Shown here: positions 41,761 to 50,629 of the stretch, piece after piece
How the letters are laid out: the number at the start of each line of letters is the position of its first letter
How positions within the stretch are numbered: position 1 is the first letter of the stretch
Assembly (NCBI GenBank): GCA_043824255.1
Contig: JBDRTG010000047.1
Coordinates: forward strand, 64,001 to 128,000
DNA length: 64,000 bases
Reading direction: 5' to 3'
From: a bacterium
GTDB taxonomy: Bacteria; JAHJDO01
Notes under the pieces: model-generated
What the model was told of the DNA's origin: nothing
Database searches by the model: none
Seen by the model: the letters and a program-made list of their open reading frames with translations, nothing else
Position numbers and translations under genes: made by a program

Positions 41761-42305
41761 TTGAATTTTGTCTCCTGAAAAATGAATATATCCAGATAAA
41801 TATCTGCATTATGTTTTAACGCATCCTTTTTATCTGATGTAATATTTATATGATTTATCTTAACGAATCTTTCCAGATTCTCCAGTTTGTTCACGAATCT
41901 GGCTATCTGATGATAGCCACCCTTAATACCAAGCGCTATCGGGTATTCAGTATATATGCTGGTTTTACCTGATGTCTTTAACTTGCCTGGATCAATAGAC
42001 ATTAATTTAACTTTATGTTCATTAGCGATATCTGTCAGTGAGGATAGAAAGTCAGGGATTTTATCCTCTCCGGGCATGCGTTTCTGGTATTCTTTTATTA
42101 GTTTTTGCACTGTCTGAAATTCACGTTCTAACTGAGGTTTTTTAGAAACCATAATCCTTGCTTTTTGTATTTCAGCTTTTTTCTGTGTTATGTTTTTTCT
42201 CAAGAGAGAAATCCGTGCAATCTGAGGTGTTAACAAATAATAATAACCCAGAAGAATTCCCAGGGCTGCAATAACAAATAAGATAATTCGTTCATTCTTT
42301 TTCAT
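41757..42305 (-). CDS. pilO: Type IV pilus protein PilO
   Basis: N-terminal TM, coiled coil, MP-x2-DKIP, GGYHQIARFVNKLENLER. Confidence 0.88.
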   Translation of the reverse strand: MKKNERIILFVIAALGILLGYYYLLTPQIARISLLRKNITQKKAEIQKARIMVSKKPQLEREFQTVQKLIKEYQKRMPGEDKIPDFLSSLTDIANEHKVKLMSIDPGKLKTSGKTSIYTEYPIALGIKGGYHQIARFVNKLENLERFVKINHINITSDKKDALKHNADIYLDIFIFQETKFK

Positions 42306-42973
42306 TGCTTAAATCTACATCCTATTTTAAATGACATAATATCTACATCTGCTACACTAACCCGACAGGTAGATACAAGGTTGACACTGGAGAAGTCGCT
42401 TGAAAAAATACTATCCTCCCTGACTTTTTTAATTAAGTCTCCAATGCGCCTTGTCATATCTTCATTTTCTCTTGACAGAGCCATGCCCTCCAGAATAAAG
42501 ACATTGTAGCTCTTCTTAACCTTTTTGCCTGCGTCAGGACTCGCTTTCGTTGAGATACCTGCCTTTCCATGACCACCAGGTGTTACAGAAACCATTTCAG
42601 TCCTTTTTTCAACAGCCGTCTTTGTAAGCCACGTCTGGGTAGGCAATATATCGCTTAACTGGTTTAATCTCTTTGCCCATATGATTCGGGAGTGAATAAG
42701 TTTTTTCAAAAGAGATATCTTTCTATTAATAGATTTCTTTGCGCTTTCCAACTTCTCCGCCTCACGCATTATCGGTTCTAATTTAGAATATTCAACTACC
42801 AGTTTGTTATGCGTCCATCCCATGAACTTTGCGCTGGAAAAACTGATAAGATAAATAAGAACCATTACAACAACCAGTATAACGCCCCCTGTTATGAAGA
42901 TTTCCATTCCGGGTAGTTTTAGACTTCTTCTAGCTTTTCTTAACTCAATGGGGAGTAGGTTTACAGTAATCAT
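42302..42973 (-). CDS. pilN: Type IV pilus protein PilN
   Basis: VNLLP motif, TM helix, W-x9-LP-x3-WL. Confidence 0.88.
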   Translation of the reverse strand: MITVNLLPIELRKARRSLKLPGMEIFITGGVILVVVMVLIYLISFSSAKFMGWTHNKLVVEYSKLEPIMREAEKLESAKKSINRKISLLKKLIHSRIIWAKRLNQLSDILPTQTWLTKTAVEKRTEMVSVTPGGHGKAGISTKASPDAGKKVKKSYNVFILEGMALSRENEDMTRRIGDLIKKVREDSIFSSDFSSVNLVSTCRVSVADVDIMSFKIGCRFKQ

Positions 42974-44022
42974 TTTATGCCTCTCAGAGCAAGCCCGACA
43001 GCAACTGTTAAAAATGGATAAAGTCTTTTTATTCTCTCTGCATTGATTTCGTCTGATATTTTCAGGTTATTGGTTGCATTCCAAGTGTGCGTTTCTACTC
43101 CAATTTTTTCATGCATGATATCGCTTATTATGGAAATCTGTGAACTGCCTCCGCTCAAGTATATATCTGCGATGTTCTTATCAGGAACTTGACTTTCATA
43201 GTAATCAAACGACATGTGTATCTCATTAACGAGATTACTCGTAATATGTTTTATCGTCTCTGTTACTTCCTTGGATCTGCTTTTTGCTTTTTTTGTCTCT
43301 TCAGCTTTTTTAATATCAATACCTAGATCCTCACTAATAGCCTTGCTATAATCCGTGCCCGCAATATTTATATCCCTTGTGAGCCTTGAAGTACCATTAT
43401 CAAGTATGCTTATATTTGTCATCTGAGCGCCAATATTTATAAGCGAAATTACATTATCCTTTTTCTTAAAGACAGAGTTGAGCGCATGTTCAAAGGCATT
43501 TATAGCGGCGAAGGAATCAATATCAATAGCAACCGGCTCCAGATTACAGGCTTTTAACAGTTCCAATCGTTGATTGATTAAGTCTTTCTTAACAGCGACA
43601 AGCATTACTTCTATCATGTTTGTCTCGCTTGCTATGTTATCTAAAACTTGAAAGTCAAATTCCACTTCATTCATATCAAAAGGAATGTGTTTTGCAGCTT
43701 CATACTTCAAAGAAGCGCTTAAGTCTTCTTCTGACATCTTTGGAACACGAATATATCTTACAATTACCGATTGTCCCGAAACTCCTATAGTAACCCTAGT
43801 GGTTGCGATATTCGCTTCTATAGAAGCCTTCTTAATAGCAGTAATTACACTATCCTTGTTATCTCCAATTATTTCAGCTGCGCCAACTTTACTCAAGCGC
43901 AAGGACTCTCCATCTCCGGTAAGTTCGACAATCTTGACAGCACTGCTTCCTATATCTAATCCTAAACTGGTTCTGGATTTAGGCTTTGCGCTGAAAAGTT
44001 TTGTAATTGATTTAGGTATCAT
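42970..44022 (-). CDS. pilM: Type IV pilus protein PilM
   Basis: GLDIGSSAVK, HIPF, INIGA, LSGGSS, AVGLALRG. Confidence 0.95.
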   Translation of the reverse strand: MIPKSITKLFSAKPKSRTSLGLDIGSSAVKIVELTGDGESLRLSKVGAAEIIGDNKDSVITAIKKASIEANIATTRVTIGVSGQSVIVRYIRVPKMSEEDLSASLKYEAAKHIPFDMNEVEFDFQVLDNIASETNMIEVMLVAVKKDLINQRLELLKACNLEPVAIDIDSFAAINAFEHALNSVFKKKDNVISLINIGAQMTNISILDNGTSRLTRDINIAGTDYSKAISEDLGIDIKKAEETKKAKSRSKEVTETIKHITSNLVNEIHMSFDYYESQVPDKNIADIYLSGGSSQISIISDIMHEKIGVETHTWNATNNLKISDEINAERIKRLYPFLTVAVGLALRGIK

Positions 44023-44029
44023 AAATCAG

Positions 44030-44058
44030 ATTCTACTATTATGAAATGCTGCTGTCAA
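44030..44058 (-). promoter_or_regulatory. Sigma70-type promoter of pilM (probably a leaderless transcript)
   Basis: TTGACA, 17-bp spacer, TAGAAT ending 7 nt before the ATG. Confidence 0.7.
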
Positions 44059-44060
44059 AT

Positions 44061-45071
44061 TTAATACTCCTGCCAGGAACCGCTTACTATACGCCACGGC
44101 AGGTTGTTGTCAAAAGCATTTGCTACATTGACAGAATTATAAACTACCAAGGGTCTTCCTGTAGATATTGTTGCAGATGTATCAGCTTGAGTCTGGACAA
44201 GAACTGACCCGGAAATCTCGGGATTTCCACTTATTGTCAGATTTCCAAATACATACATTATACCCTCAAATGTGCCGCCTGCTACATCAAGATCACCGTC
44301 TACTACAAGGATTCCGCTTCCATACCATCCTGTCGTTGTAACCTTAAACGATGAATTATCCTGAAATTTAACCCAGGTAATTCCATCCACGTCTGAATTG
44401 TTCGGAGGGTCAGTATAGTTTCTGGTTGATATGCCTTCCATTTCTTCTTTCGTCAGGCCAAATATATCTTCAATTGATGGAAAAGGAGCATTACTTATTG
44501 GCGGACTGCCTGTTATTTCCCCAGAACCATCTGTAGTGGCTGTAAAACCCGCTGGAACCGTTACGCCCGTACTGGTACCTCCGGCTATTAGTCCATTTCC
44601 ACTGACCAGAACATTACCACCCGCTTGAAGTGCAGAATTAACAGCTCCTGGATTTCCAATTCGTTCCGCATCAACTTTCACTGTCCTTTCTACCTTGTCT
44701 ATATTTGTCACGCTCGGAGTATATCCGGTTGCTGTGATAGCCGCACTTGTTGATGTTACGTTTGATACGCTTATTGTATAATCTCCTATAACCTTCCCAT
44801 CTTGGGTCTGGAAGGAAAGAACGGTCTTTGTGTAAACTGCTCCTGAAGTGTCCCAGCCAACCCATGAACCCTGGCCAAATCCTAGCTCCCATAATGCCGC
44901 CTGAACTCCTGATTCTGCAAGATTCCTTGCTGCAGATAGACGATAGGACCTGATTGTAAGCTTTTTTTGGAAAACGACTGTGGAAAGATACGCTCCGGCT
45001 ATAATGGCAATAATAAGCATCACTATAGCTGAAATAACCAATACGCTTCCGCGTCTATTTCTATACATCAA
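44061..45071 (-). CDS. PilX-like minor pilin with a beta-rich C-terminal domain
   Basis: RRG|SVLVIS (no Glu5), ARNLAESG, GSGILVVDGDL...GIMYVFGNLTISGN. Confidence 0.75.
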   Translation of the reverse strand: MMYRNRRGSVLVISAIVMLIIAIIAGAYLSTVVFQKKLTIRSYRLSAARNLAESGVQAALWELGFGQGSWVGWDTSGAVYTKTVLSFQTQDGKVIGDYTISVSNVTSTSAAITATGYTPSVTNIDKVERTVKVDAERIGNPGAVNSALQAGGNVLVSGNGLIAGGTSTGVTVPAGFTATTDGSGEITGSPPISNAPFPSIEDIFGLTKEEMEGISTRNYTDPPNNSDVDGITWVKFQDNSSFKVTTTGWYGSGILVVDGDLDVAGGTFEGIMYVFGNLTISGNPEISGSVLVQTQADTSATISTGRPLVVYNSVNVANAFDNNLPWRIVSGSWQEY

Positions 45072-46228
45072 TCATACCATTGAGTAACCGTAACAGTTCC
45101 AGGAAATCCCCCGGGATTTACATTCGCCAAGGCTTCATCATAATGAATGCCGCCGTTTCCACTATCTTGTACTGTATCCCCTACAAATGCGCCAAAAAGG
45201 TCTCCATTCCCTGAAACCTTCAACTCGGCTTTCGGGGCATATATTGCTCCTGCAAAGTCTCCATTACCTGTAAATTGCACACTTGTACAACTATCTGTTC
45301 CATAAAGCAGACAATCGGATGGGGTGCCAGGATTTGAGATACCATTCCCAGTTATATGACAAGTTCCTGAGACGTAAATAGTAACCTCGCCACTAATTAT
45401 TAATGTTGCATTTCCTGTAATCTGTATTGATGTAAACCAATATGTTCCGGATGTAAGGGTCTGTGTATTATTCCCTGATATTGACAAACCACCACTACTA
45501 CTTACACCAGCTGGGACAGTGACTGATGGCATTGGAAACAGAGTGGATGCAGCTGTTTTTTGCCCATTCAATACAGCGTTTCCAGAAGTGGTTATTGCAG
45601 TATTTACATCCCCACCCGGACCAATCTGAGCATTTCCATTAACTATAGCATTCCCACTTAAAGCGACGGCTCCGGATGATGTTGCATTAGTGCCCACAGA
45701 ACCGTTGCTACCGGGTGACTGACTGGCATACGTTCCATTGTCAGAGTTATAGCTATCGGACGCACCGTTACCTGAAAGAGTAACGCTCTTATCTCCAAAT
45801 ATTCCTTGTGTAAACGGCGAACCGCTTACCTGAAGATTAGCATTTATTAACTTGGAAAACCTGTTTATGTCAGTTACATTGGGAGCTGTTCCTGTAGCTG
45901 TAACTGTAGGAGTACCTGTAGCTGAGTTGTTAACTGTGACCGTAACACTTCCCACTGCTCTGCCGCCTGCGTCTGATAGAGTAATGGTTTGGACAGGATC
46001 TCCGTTTGCATCAACTGCCCAGGTGGTAATATCGCCATATGCATATTCATAAATTGCTCTTTCTATGCCTGCTTCTGCAAGATTGACCGCAGCTGTATGC
46101 CGATATGACCTATTTGTCATTCTATTCTCAAAAACAATTCTCGAGAGATAGGTACCCGCTATGACAAATAAGGATGTAGAAACCAAAGCAGTTAGTACCA
46201 GAATGCTACCTTTTCTGTTCAGTTTCAA
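45068..46228 (-). CDS. PilX-like minor pilin with [S/T]GN repeats (predicted beta-solenoid)
   Basis: RKG|SILVL (no Glu5), AVNLAEAG, nine [S/T]GN[G/A/N] motifs, GAIYAP, IHYDEAL. Confidence 0.75.
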   Translation of the reverse strand: MKLNRKGSILVLTALVSTSLFVIAGTYLSRIVFENRMTNRSYRHTAAVNLAEAGIERAIYEYAYGDITTWAVDANGDPVQTITLSDAGGRAVGSVTVTVNNSATGTPTVTATGTAPNVTDINRFSKLINANLQVSGSPFTQGIFGDKSVTLSGNGASDSYNSDNGTYASQSPGSNGSVGTNATSSGAVALSGNAIVNGNAQIGPGGDVNTAITTSGNAVLNGQKTAASTLFPMPSVTVPAGVSSSGGLSISGNNTQTLTSGTYWFTSIQITGNATLIISGEVTIYVSGTCHITGNGISNPGTPSDCLLYGTDSCTSVQFTGNGDFAGAIYAPKAELKVSGNGDLFGAFVGDTVQDSGNGGIHYDEALANVNPGGFPGTVTVTQWYD

Positions 46229-46243
46229 ATAACATCACCTCCA

Positions 46244-46798
46244 TTATTTATTCCTTAATTTTACAGACGTATTTAAAGTTTTTGTATGTGTTTTATTCAT
46301 AACAGTTGCTGTGCTTGTAATTGATATTGTTATGCGACTAGCGCCAGCAAGAGTTGGAAGATAGCCAAATGCCAGGTTAGATATATTTGAACTTATATTC
46401 TTGGTTCCTGAGGTTCTTGTGCTTCCAACTGCTGCCCAGGTTGTTTTCTCTAAGTTAGTGCCATTTAATGCATACCTAAAATAATCATTAGATCCGGTTA
46501 TTGGATTTCCACTGGCATCGATTGAAGATACCTCCAGGACCAACTGCTGGAGCGTACTTGCAGGTACACTTCCTATTGCAGTACTCACTACATCTCCTGC
46601 ACGCCTTGTGTCCTGACTTATATTATCCAGAACTAATCTCACATTTTTTTGTGTATCAAGATAACGAGAGTCAAAAACAAACATTTGATTGCCTCTTATA
46701 AATAGAAATAAAACGGCACTCAATATCACTATTCCGATTGAAGCAGCAATAATAACTTCCATTATCGTAAAACCGCCTGAAAGCCGCTTCTTTTTCAT
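46244..46798 (-). CDS. PilW-like minor pilin
   Basis: SGG|FTIMEVII prepilin motif, DTRRAG, terminal VKLRN. Confidence 0.8.
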   Translation of the reverse strand: MKKKRLSGGFTIMEVIIAASIGIVILSAVLFLFIRGNQMFVFDSRYLDTQKNVRLVLDNISQDTRRAGDVVSTAIGSVPASTLQQLVLEVSSIDASGNPITGSNDYFRYALNGTNLEKTTWAAVGSTRTSGTKNISSNISNLAFGYLPTLAGASRITISITSTATVMNKTHTKTLNTSVKLRNK

Positions 46799-46799
46799 T

Positions 46800-47240
46800 T
46801 TAGATGCCTCCGTTAGTTACAAGCGTAGTAATGCTTCTACTGAATGCTTGCCCCTGCGCCCCTATCCACTGAACTGTTATACTGACCTGTTTTATATTGC
46901 TGTCAATAAAATCAGAAATTGAAAGCAATACTACTCCGCTACTAAGATTTGCAAGTCCCTGTGTAACATTTCCTGTGATAGTAGTAAAATCCTGATTGCT
47001 GAATGTTCCCCAACCAGTTATTGTTGCAAATGAACTGTCGCGTACTATTTCCATTGCGTCCTGCGCTATCTTTGTAGCGGTAGAGATTTCAGCTGTTCTT
47101 CTAATCGTTGCAGGTCCATTGGAAAACGCAGTAAAAAGGCCAATTAAACCAACACTCAGAATCAAAATGGCTATCATGGTTTCTATTAACGTAAACCCAC
47201 GATTTAATTTAACTATCCGTATGTCTTTGCGCTTTTTCAT
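46800..47240 (-). CDS. PilV-like minor pilin
   Basis: NRG|FTLIETMIAILILSVGLIGL, A-x3-ME, VSITVQW. Confidence 0.8.
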   Translation of the reverse strand: MKKRKDIRIVKLNRGFTLIETMIAILILSVGLIGLFTAFSNGPATIRRTAEISTATKIAQDAMEIVRDSSFATITGWGTFSNQDFTTITGNVTQGLANLSSGVVLLSISDFIDSNIKQVSITVQWIGAQGQAFSRSITTLVTNGGI

Positions 47241-47264
47241 TTGTCATCTCCAAAACTAGTCCTA

Positions 47265-47714
47265 TCATAGTGAGAATGGCTGTGCTGCAACAAAAGCTGC
47301 TCCATGTCCTCTGCCAGCTACTCCGTTCGGACACGTAATCCGGATTTTCCCAACTGGCGTTGAATCTGCCATATATCCAGCACCGGCTCCTATGGGACAG
47401 GTGGGGACGGTCTTTAGGTATCCTGTAGCAGCCACTAGTCCCCATGTTCCTGTTGCAGGAGCTGCGTTCCACACAATCGCCCCAGCTGCAAATCCAGCGC
47501 CGCCATTAGTCGCATCAAGATTTTCCTCTATACACACCTGTTCAAGCCCGGATGCAATCTGTTTCATGTTGTTTGTACATACAACATCTCTGGATCTCGT
47601 TCTATTCTTCAGGAAATTAGGTATAGCTATAGTTAATAAAAGCGCAATGATTGCAACAACAATCATAATTTCAACAAGTGTAAAACCTCTGCCCTTTCCC
47701 CAAACAACTACCAT
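47265..47714 (-). CDS. Type IV pilin, second copy
   Basis: GRG|FTLVEIMIVVAII...AIPNF; four Cys. Confidence 0.9.
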   Translation of the reverse strand: MVVVWGKGRGFTLVEIMIVVAIIALLLTIAIPNFLKNRTRSRDVVCTNNMKQIASGLEQVCIEENLDATNGGAGFAAGAIVWNAAPATGTWGLVAATGYLKTVPTCPIGAGAGYMADSTPVGKIRITCPNGVAGRGHGAAFVAAQPFSL

Positions 47715-47741
47715 CCAACACCCCTTTCGAAATATGACAGC

Positions 47742-47761
47742 GGCGGGAGAAAACTCCCGCC
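47742..47761 (-). terminator. GC-rich hairpin between the two pilin genes (mRNA stabiliser or leaky terminator)
   Basis: GGCGGGAG-TTTT-CTCCCGCC with no downstream U-tract. Confidence 0.55.
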
Positions 47762-47799
47762 ACTATTATATGTCCTTTCAGGCCTTTCAGCAAGTAGCT

Positions 47800-48237
47800 T
47801 TATTGCAGTGTATATGGATTATTAGTAGCCTGAAAATTTGGCCCATGGCTTGTCAGACTTGGACAAGTAATCTGAAATACCCCAACTGTTGATGAAGCCG
47901 CTGTATAAGCACCAGATGCTATAGGACATGTAGGAGCTGTCTTCAGGTATGCTGTACTGCCTACTATTCCCCATGTTCCTGTTGCAGGAGCTGCGTTCCA
48001 TGTAATCGAAGCAATTCCAGCACCAGCACCAGTAGCGTCAAGATCTTCCTCCATGCACACCTGTTCAAGGGCTGATGCAATCTGTTTCATGCCATTTACG
48101 CATACAGCATCTCTGGATCTACTTCTGGACTTGATGAAGTTAGGAATAGCTATCGCTGCTAAAAGCCCAATAATCGCTACAACAATCATAATCTCAACAA
48201 GCGTAAAACCTCTTTTACTGCGAAGTAATCTAATCAT
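47800..48237 (-). CDS. pilA: Type IV major pilin
   Basis: KRG|FTLVEIMIVVAIIGLLAAIAIPNF; strong Shine-Dalgarno GAGGAGGTG; first gene after the sigma54 promoter. Confidence 0.85.
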   Translation of the reverse strand: MIRLLRSKRGFTLVEIMIVVAIIGLLAAIAIPNFIKSRSRSRDAVCVNGMKQIASALEQVCMEEDLDATGAGAGIASITWNAAPATGTWGIVGSTAYLKTAPTCPIASGAYTAASSTVGVFQITCPSLTSHGPNFQATNNPYTLQ

Positions 48238-48286
48238 TCTCTTTCACCTCCTCTTCAATCAATTTTTTCTCTCGCCTTATATAACA

Positions 48287-48303
48287 AGCATTTTTCGTGC
48301 CAA
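48287..48303 (-). promoter_or_regulatory. Sigma54 (-24/-12) promoter of the pilin genes
   Basis: TTGGCACG-AAAA-ATGCT against consensus TGGCACG-N4-TTGCW; a PilR-type activator is encoded in the locus. Confidence 0.8.
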
Positions 48304-48315
48304 AGATATCAGGGC

Positions 48316-48378
48316 ACATCCCCCTGAATCCCCCTTCGAAGGGGGACAGTTTCGCCGTAGGCGGAATTAGGAGGATGT
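48316..48378. repeat. REP/MITE-like element with an outer stem and two hairpins
   Basis: ACATCC...GGATGT outer stem; TCCCCCTTCGAAGGGGGA; TTCGCC-GTA-GGCGGA. Confidence 0.65.
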
Positions 48379-48457
48379 TTTCCCCGCCCGAAAACGGGTT
48401 CAAAATATTGAATCCCTACAAAAAATTTTAGTTATCAGGCAAAATATTTTGACATAT

Positions 48458-48493
48458 TTGTGAAATAAGCAAAAAAAATTGCCTATTTCACAA
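48458..48493. promoter_or_regulatory. Inverted repeat, candidate PilR upstream activator site
   Basis: TTGTGAAATAAGCAA-N6-TTGCCTATTTCACAA (14/15 match), 155-190 bp upstream of the -24 box. Confidence 0.45.
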
Positions 48494-48543
48494 TAAAATA
48501 TAAAGCTTCTTGCAAATTCCCTAAAAAAGTTCTAACATCATTC

Positions 48544-50148
48544 ATGCTGGAGAATCAAAAGGAAACAAAAATTACCATTTTGACAATTTTTGATGAAGAA
48601 TGTGGAGCTCGGGAACTTCCTTTGGAGAAAAAGCTTATTACTATTGGAAGACTGGCAGATAATGATATTATAATTTCGGACAAGAGTATATCCGGAAAAC
48701 ATCTTAAACTCACTTTTTTGAATAATGACTGGATATTGGAAGATATGCATTCTACGAATGGCAGCTTTGTAAATGGAGAACTTGTTGAAGAAAAGAAGCT
48801 GGACGACGGCGACGAGATAGTTATAGGCAAAACAAGAATTCTATTCGGGGAAACATCTTCTTTCCCGCATCCAGAAGAGAGCTCTTTTACTATTATAAAG
48901 GCTGTAACGCCTAGCGCTGTTATTCCCCCCTCTTATGAAACTGCAAGTAACGAGGAGTTAAAGAGAACTCATAAAATATTAGCTACCCTTTATAAGGCCA
49001 GCGAACTTCTTAGTTCTGCACTTAAATTAGAAGACGTCCTGAATAAAATTCTGGATTTGATTTTTCAACACATTAGTGCTGACCGAGTTCTTATTATACT
49101 CAAAGATGAATTAACAGGTAAACTTGTTCCTAAAGCAGTGAAGAAAAGAGACGAAAAAGATAGGGCAGAATTAACCGTAAGCCACAGTATTATGAGTAAG
49201 GTTTTAGATGAAGGTAAATCGGTAATCTGTTCGGATGCTTTAGAAGACAAAAGATTTAAAGAACAAATGAGTATTATCCAGCATCAAATTCATTCAGCAA
49301 TGTGTGTCCCTCTAAGAACAAAAGACAGAGCCTTGGGCGTAATTTATGCTGATACACTCATGATTAAAGGGGCTTTTAACACCGAAGATTTAAACTTGCT
49401 TACTGCATTAGGTAACGAAGCTGCGCTGGCTATAGATAATGTGCGTTTATATGAAAAAAATCTTAAGGCAGAGCGATTAGCTGGTATAGGACAGGCCATA
49501 ACCGGCATGGCACACTATGTCAAGAATATTCTCGTGGGGATGGATGGTGGTGGCATCTTAGTAGATATGGGAATAAAACAAAAAAACAATACTTTAATGA
49601 ATAAAGGGTGGAAGTTAGTTAAAGCCTCTACAAATAAAGTAAGAGACGTGGTGATGGACATGCTAACCTATTCTAAAGAAAGAAAGCCGCAGCTGCAGCC
49701 ATGTAATCTAAATGATGTCGTAGATGAAGTTATAGAGCTAATGAGTAAAAAGGCTGAAGATGCGGGCATTAAACTGCATGCTCATCTTGAGGAAAATATT
49801 GGACAGTTCTTATTAGATCCTCAAGTCATCCATCGTTCTCTGCTTAACTTGATAAATAATGCTTTTGATGCGATGGAGAAAGATGGGAAAATTACAATTG
49901 CTACAGAGTATATAGTTGAGGGGGATCAGCTTAAATTGTCTGTGTCTGATACAGGATCCGGAATACCTGAAGATGTATTAACAACTCTTTTTACACCTTT
50001 TTATTCAAGCAAGGGATTGAAGGGAACAGGTCTCGGATTAGCAGTGACACATAAGATAATTAAAGAACATGGTGGAAGAATAGATGTGAATTCCGAGGTC
50101 AGCAAAGGGACTACCTTCAGTATATTTTTACCTGCAAGAAAAGAATAA
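48544..50148 (+). CDS. Cytoplasmic FHA-GAF-histidine kinase
   Basis: FHA domain (IGR, SGKH, STNG), GAF domain (SAMCVPL), H-box AHYVKN, DTGSG and GTGLGL. Confidence 0.9.
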   Translation: MLENQKETKITILTIFDEECGARELPLEKKLITIGRLADNDIIISDKSISGKHLKLTFLNNDWILEDMHSTNGSFVNGELVEEKKLDDGDEIVIGKTRILFGETSSFPHPEESSFTIIKAVTPSAVIPPSYETASNEELKRTHKILATLYKASELLSSALKLEDVLNKILDLIFQHISADRVLIILKDELTGKLVPKAVKKRDEKDRAELTVSHSIMSKVLDEGKSVICSDALEDKRFKEQMSIIQHQIHSAMCVPLRTKDRALGVIYADTLMIKGAFNTEDLNLLTALGNEAALAIDNVRLYEKNLKAERLAGIGQAITGMAHYVKNILVGMDGGGILVDMGIKQKNNTLMNKGWKLVKASTNKVRDVVMDMLTYSKERKPQLQPCNLNDVVDEVIELMSKKAEDAGIKLHAHLEENIGQFLLDPQVIHRSLLNLINNAFDAMEKDGKITIATEYIVEGDQLKLSVSDTGSGIPEDVLTTLFTPFYSSKGLKGTGLGLAVTHKIIKEHGGRIDVNSEVSKGTTFSIFLPARKE

Positions 50149-50164
50149 TTTTTACAGAATAGCT

Positions 50165-50551
50165 TTAATCCAAGAATTCTTTTAGAAGCTCTATAATTTT
50201 TGCAATACTTCCGGTTTGCTTACCAAACTCTTTGTGAACATAATGTGCGCCTTCAAGAACTTTATTATCAAACTGTTCCTTTGTAAGACCAGTATGAAAA
50301 ATTATTGGTATTTGTTCATATTGAGGATTTTCCTTAAGATAGTCTCTTACAGTGCCACCATGCCCTACCATAACCATATCCAGTATGGCAGCATCAATAT
50401 GTGGCTTCTTGGTGCTAAGCAGGTCTATGGCATTTTTACCATTAGGAGCGTCAAACACCTCGTAACTACAGCCAGCTTCTAATATTGTCTTTAATGCCTC
50501 CCTCAGCTCATTATCATCCTCTACTATCAAAACAGTTTTCTTGCCCATCAT
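50165..50551 (-). CDS. Single-domain response regulator
   Basis: LIVEDD, ILDMVM, IFHTG, HK. Confidence 0.85.
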   Translation of the reverse strand: MMGKKTVLIVEDDNELREALKTILEAGCSYEVFDAPNGKNAIDLLSTKKPHIDAAILDMVMVGHGGTVRDYLKENPQYEQIPIIFHTGLTKEQFDNKVLEGAHYVHKEFGKQTGSIAKIIELLKEFLD

Positions 50552-50629
50552 CTCCCTCCTATCGCTCTTATATCTCTTTCTCTTAATAAAATTCTACTAC
50601 ATTATCCTGAGAACTGTCAAATCCGTGTC

